Assembly (NCBI GenBank): GCA_040285855.1
Contig: JAUFOQ010000001.1
Coordinates: 1,736,001-1,800,000 of the forward strand
DNA length: 64,000 bases
Direction: 5' to 3'
Origin: Eukaryota sp. GEM-RC1
Taxonomy: Eukaryota
Shown: positions 62,104-64,000 of the stretch, in pieces
How the letters are laid out: each line of letters opens with the position of its first letter
Position numbering within the stretch: position 1 is the stretch's first letter
Position numbers and translations under genes: made by a program
The notes under the pieces: generated by a model
What the model was told of the DNA's origin: nothing
The model's input: the letters and a program-made list of their open reading frames with translations, nothing else
Databases searched by the model: none

Positions 62104-62758
62104 TTAACATAAAAAGGATTTAAGTTTTCTCACATTTATAGAATGATATGAAGATATATCATTACCTTGACATTCTAATCGTTTCAAACTTTTTAATCCA
62201 GATATATCAGTTAGTAAATTATGAAAACAATACAATTCTTCTAATTTATTCAAACCAGATATTTCCTTTAATTGATTATTACCACAATACATAATTACAA
62301 GATTTGGATAATCATGAATGGTTTCCATCAAGTTATGAGAACAATTCAGATACAATAATCCTTCAATAAATGGTAAAGATTTAAACTTATTATACATGAC
62401 GTTCAAACCCTTGAGTTTTTTTAAGTGGAGGAAGCGTTTCCATACCATTACCTATACATTCAAAATATTCAAGATTTGGATAATCACGAATTGTTTTTAC
62501 ATTGTTGTGATTTATGTCCAATAATATTAATGATTCAATATATGGCACTTCAGTAATATCACAATATTCAAGACTCAATGCAATTAAATTTGGCATTTCT
62601 ATATTTTCTAAAAACATTACGTCTGAATAATCTTCGACAATCAGTCTGTTAATTGTATCCTTTTCTTTTATGAATTCATCATAGTTATTTGGATTCAAAT
62701 GGAATGTTTTATCTCTATTTAAAAAGACACCATCACAATCATCTCCATTAAGAAACAT
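62104..62758 (-). CDS. Short (20-aa) LRR protein
   Basis: LxxLxCxxNxLxxI repeats; two ORFs join at the A-run near 62418. Confidence 0.8.
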
Positions 62759-62796
62759 TAAAGGATCTCAAGGTATCATATTTGTAAAAATTTATT

Positions 62797-64000
62797 TTAA
62801 AAATCCATTGTCCAAATCTTAATTGTTTCATCATCATATCCTCGTTCTTTTAATTCCCTGGTAAATGTATTTTTATTAAATTCATCGCGTAATTTTAACC
62901 TATCAATTATATTCATAATTTGTTCATTTGATGATATTTCCAATTTTATATTTTCATCAAAACCAACCAATACATTTACCAATCTAGTTACCCTACCAAC
63001 AAAACATTTACCTTCACCATCTTTTATTTCTTCGTTTAATCTAATCATTAATTCCTTTTGAACCTCTTCATCAAAATGATTAATTCTATTAATTACTAAT
63101 TTATAAATATCAGATAGTGTTAGCTTTAAATCACTAAAAGAGTATCATCAGTAAATGGTGATTTGATATTGTTTGTATTGTCTGAATACTTTTCTAATAA
63201 ATATTCCAGTGATTTAATTAATGATTTTTGGATATTGGTATCATGGACATTTTGAGTATCTGTAAATATATTTTCTCTGGGGTTTCTTCTCCGTCTTCTT
63301 CTAAATCTATCGACCACTAATTCAGGAATATCATTATTCTCACAACGTATTGACATTAATTCGTCCAATGGAGGTAAAGTAGTTAATTGGTTATAATGAC
63401 AATGTAATGATTGAAGTATTGGATAATTTGGCAAGAATGTTAAAAGATTATTATTACAACATAAATGAAGCAATGTGAATAAAAATGGCAATTCAGTTAA
63501 TTCATTATATTCACAATATAATTCTCTGAGATTATTCATTGGTGGAATCATGATTAACTTATTATGATCACATCGTAACATTGTAAGTTCATTTAATTGT
63601 GGTAAAAATAACAATTTATTATGATCACATGTTAATCTTAAAAGATATGGAGATATCTCTATTTCTTCAATTTCATTATATTCACAATTAATTCTAGTAA
63701 CCTTTGGTAAGGAGGGAATGATTTTTATTTTATTATGATTGCATTGTAGATATCGTAGATTCTTAAATTTGGGAAGATATGTTAATTTGTTGTACTGACA
63801 AAATAAATCAATAAGATTTGGTAAATTGGAAATAAATCTTATTTCATTATGTGAGCATTTTAAAATTTTCAACATTGGTAATGAAGGAATATACCGTATC
63901 TTATTATGTCGACAATGTAAATGTTCAAGGGTCTCATATTTAGGTATGGTAGTTAATAAATTGCGATTACAAAATATTTTTTTAATATTTTTTAGATATG
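62797..64000 (-). CDS. Short-LRR protein with C-terminal QNVHD...CFVGRVTRLVN domain (5' end outside window)
   Basis: 20-aa LRRs, then DTQNVHD; indel near 63140 joins ORF 62797-63048 (GKCFVGRVTRLVNVLVGF). Confidence 0.82.

Larger units (their letters stand above)
58750..64000 (-). mobile_element. Putative endogenous large-DNA-virus (NCLDV-like) segment, continues beyond window
   Basis: Abrupt AT enrichment; tightly packed co-oriented ORFs with no evident introns; BCS1-like AAA and QNVHD/CFxGR LRR genes; shared upstream motif. Confidence 0.7.

Noticed and set aside
58750..64000. Polinton/virophage identity for the AT-rich segment
   Set aside because: No pPolB, integrase, capsid, protease or recognisable TIR at the junction; gene content fits larger viruses better, but this is not excluded beyond the window
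1..64000. tRNA, rRNA or snRNA genes
   Set aside because: None recognised by eye; tRNAscan-SE/Infernal would be needed to exclude them

Overview
Eukaryotic (protist-like) genomic DNA in the standard genetic code, with tiny 27-32 nt GT-AG introns. Single-base homopolymer indels disrupt even essential genes (GAR1, SRP14), so most frameshifts are probably consensus errors. Four zones are visible. (1) 1-20.8 kb: 3' part of a chromodomain Ty3/Gypsy element, a BTB-SPRY gene, a homeobox gene and many hAT/pogo MITEs and CRE-like non-LTR fragments. (2) 20.8-31 kb: a compact core block with no recognised TEs (pepD-like dipeptidase, GSKIP, GAR1, CBM48 protein, E2F-like, SRP14, PsuG, three LRR genes). (3) 31-58.7 kb: an expanded modular family sharing a B30.2/SPRY-like C-terminal module with hypervariable loops, fused to BTB, 2xBTB or RING-kinase N-termini, plus an intact pogo transposon and TE debris. 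(4) ~58.75-64 kb: an abrupt switch to very AT-rich, co-oriented, gene-dense DNA encoding a BCS1-like AAA ATPase, short-LRR proteins (one with a QNVHD...CFxGR domain) and orphans with a shared upstream motif. Zone 4 is best explained as the edge of an endogenous large-DNA-virus (NCLDV-like) insert, although no hallmark viral gene lies inside the window. The most interesting candidates are the putative TRIM-like SPRY/E3-ligase receptor repertoire and the viral insert. All calls come from reading the sequence; no database search was run.
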